DNA from: Phoronis australis
Lineage: Eukaryota > Animalia > Phoronida
Assembly: GCA_002633005.1 (NCBI GenBank)
Contig: NMRA01000166.1
Coordinates: 620,001 to 684,000 of the forward strand
Length of the DNA: 64,000 bases
Direction: 5' to 3'
Position numbers and translations under genes: made by a program. Of the stretch, positions 61,547-64,000 are shown piece by piece (within the stretch, counting starts at the first letter, position 1; each line of letters opens with the position of its first letter). The notes beneath the pieces were generated by a model. That model did not search any database, was not told the origin of the DNA, and saw nothing but the letters and a program-made list of their open reading frames with translations.

Positions 61547-64000
61547 GCTTTTGCTTTTGTGTTCAAAACATCGGCGAGGCCAATTACCCTCGACTTCCTA
61601 ACTGCTGAACCACATGACCTTCAGGTATCGCGTTACTAGTAAGCTTAGCTCCACTTACTGCAAATCATATTTTTCACAATAAAAATTAAACAAGCTCTCT
61701 TTGCCAGCACGTACATTTATAGTTCACGTATGATGCCCAACACCTTAGTACTCGAGTGATTGTTACCCCCCACCCACCCCCCACCCCCATAAAACTGCAT
61801 GAGGTAGCAGTTACAACTATCAAGTTATCGGGTTTCCAAAGCAAATTCGCACATTTAGAAAAGCGAGGTTTGTATTATTATATGCCATCAACTGAACAAG
61901 ATCATTAACATAATAATTTGTCGGCCAGTTTTTTAATTTTGATATTTTGTATTTTTGTCTTTGTCTAGTACAAATCAAAATATGTTGGGGTCACCAAATT
62001 CTAATTTGTTGCCCATCGTGTTTCATCAATTATATGAATTGCATCGTTCACACAAACTACGCTCCCCGCTCCACTACAGACCTTCGTTGCACCCGTTTTG
62101 GCACTGCCTTGGTCCCACGTAGGGTACAGGCCCTCTATTTAGATGCGTGCTGTTCTATATTTTTCTCGCGTGTCGTTTTTCGCGGACTCGGAGGAAGGGT
62201 GGCCAGTTTCGTACTGGCCTTGGTGACGTCAGTCCGTCGACTTAATTTTACTCCCTCCGGCTTCCGTCGCGTACATACTTCCTCGGGTCTGTCGCCGCCA
62301 AAATTAATGATGTCATTAAGGACTAAAATTATCCTTAGTAAACGTACTTATTTACCGATGTTGGAAAAATTGGCATTCTACTGTTATTTTGCTGCCAAAA
62401 TTGTGGTGGGCTCTTTTGGGTCGGCTTTCGGTGCCATTGCGTCACCTGTTTACCCATTTCCCCGATTCTTCAATCAACTGATCATCTCTTCCACGAGATT
62501 GTGTACATGTCATAACAATCGGAACTGGTTACATTCGTTTCAAGTTTTCAGTATTTTGATACCAGCACATTCGATTTCAGGACAAATTTTGCTGCTACGA
62601 AGCTGTCATCATCTCCCGAGAGATCATTTGCAAACTCTTTAGTATGAGCGGCGTTCGGGTGTCATAAAACGACAACAGACTTTTCTTTGCTAGAAAAGGG
62701 GAAGAATTACGCAAAGGTGATGTTTATTACATTTTTTCACTACAACGGCTGTAACCGACAAGATGAGTGCTGATTAGTTCCCAGATTAAGCATGCACCCT
62801 CGCAGGTCATTAGATATACAGTGTTGATAGCCACGACGAGCTACCTGGGTTGTGTGAAATTTTGGTGTCTAACGGAGCTCAACACATAGCTACCTAGCTG
62901 TAAACTGACTAAAGCCTTAACTTATACAACTAGCTGGCTTTCTACCTTTGTATATACATTTATGATACAACTTTTGTAAATACAGTATGTACTTTGTTTG
63001 TAACAGACTATTTTGAAATGCTTCCTTAGTATGCACTTTAAAGAATAACCGATTATCGCACATCATGTTACGACAGGGTCAAATGTCCTGGAAAAAATCG
63101 TACTGCCTGAGGCTGAAAGAACCCGGCCTCAACCGCACATCCTGTCTAAATCTGAAGGAGTTGTGATTGAAGCTTTAAAATAAAACGGTCTCTTCAAGAA
63201 ATGTTCCTGTCTTGCGATAAAAACTAATATTCACTTGGCATTTTCCATATACTACCTAACGTCTAGTATGAATATAAAGAATAGACAGTCACCGAACAGC
63301 GCCATACTTCTCAAACGCTTGCCAATTTCAGCATCACGATTACGCTACTGCGTTTCAATAGATAACCATTATATCACAATATGTTGTTGGCATTGTGAAA
63401 TCAGTTTAGTTGATGGGAGATGTCTAAGACGGAAAGTTACTTCTTTCGTAAATTTGAAGTTGCCGTTTGAATTTAAGCCACACCTAATCAGGCGCGTAGG
63501 AAGGCAAAAATATTTGGAGGGAGGGGCATAAACCCATTAGACTTCGCCAAACTACCCGACCCTTTCCTAACGCCACTACATGCTCGCAGATTTTTGACGG
63601 GTAACCGAGGGAGCATGGGAGACGTGGAATTCGCTTTAAGGTGCGCTTTTGCTCATTTCAGAAGTACCTGTAATGGTTCACGAATTAAACTTGAATTTCA
63701 AAATACTGAAATGTTTGTTTATGATTGCAAGTACTTTGAGTACCACCATACGACATGTACACTGTCATCAGAAATCATAGCCCGGACAATCTTTCGACAG
63801 GTGCGAATTTCTTACAAAGATTACTTCTAGTAACGATCTATTCTTGTGATTTTATGGGAAAACGTAACGTTATACAATAAATAGTCCTCTTGGGTAATTC
63901 ACAAACAGTGGTCTTCACGTTCTTCAACATTGTACCTTTTCGATGGCGGTCAATCCTATCGTATTTTCACATTTTTGATTCTTTGAGTCGAATGTCTTGA

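Noticed and set aside
61947-62642. 231-aa + strand ORF
   Set aside because: Non-ATG start, no recognisable motif or splice structure, and composition typical of a chance or antisense frame.

Overview
Eukaryotic (metazoan invertebrate-like) genomic DNA: AT-rich, with GT-AG introns and dense transposon debris. There are no prokaryotic features and no CRISPR arrays. Four intact protein-coding genes were reconstructed by hand from splice sites and reading-frame phase. (1) SAP18 (+, 3 exons, 153 aa); its 8.6-kb first intron holds a piggyBac remnant with a nested, decayed RT-RNaseH LINE. (2) A 9-exon SLC22-family transporter (+, 562 aa). (3) A single-ORF type I membrane protein with two sushi/CCP modules (+). 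(4) A 5-exon secreted protein (-, 335 aa) that fuses a prohormone-like array of ten dibasic-flanked repeat peptides to a three-EF-hand domain; this is the most unusual item in the window. Also present: a decayed membrane-protein pseudogene, a possible decayed gene at the left end, a Penelope-like retroelement remnant with an intact-core hammerhead ribozyme, an Academ-like remnant, a second RNase H LINE fragment, a TA-flanked element carrying a HIRAN-like fragment, many MITEs and simple or tandem repeats. All family assignments come from motif recognition only; no database search was run.
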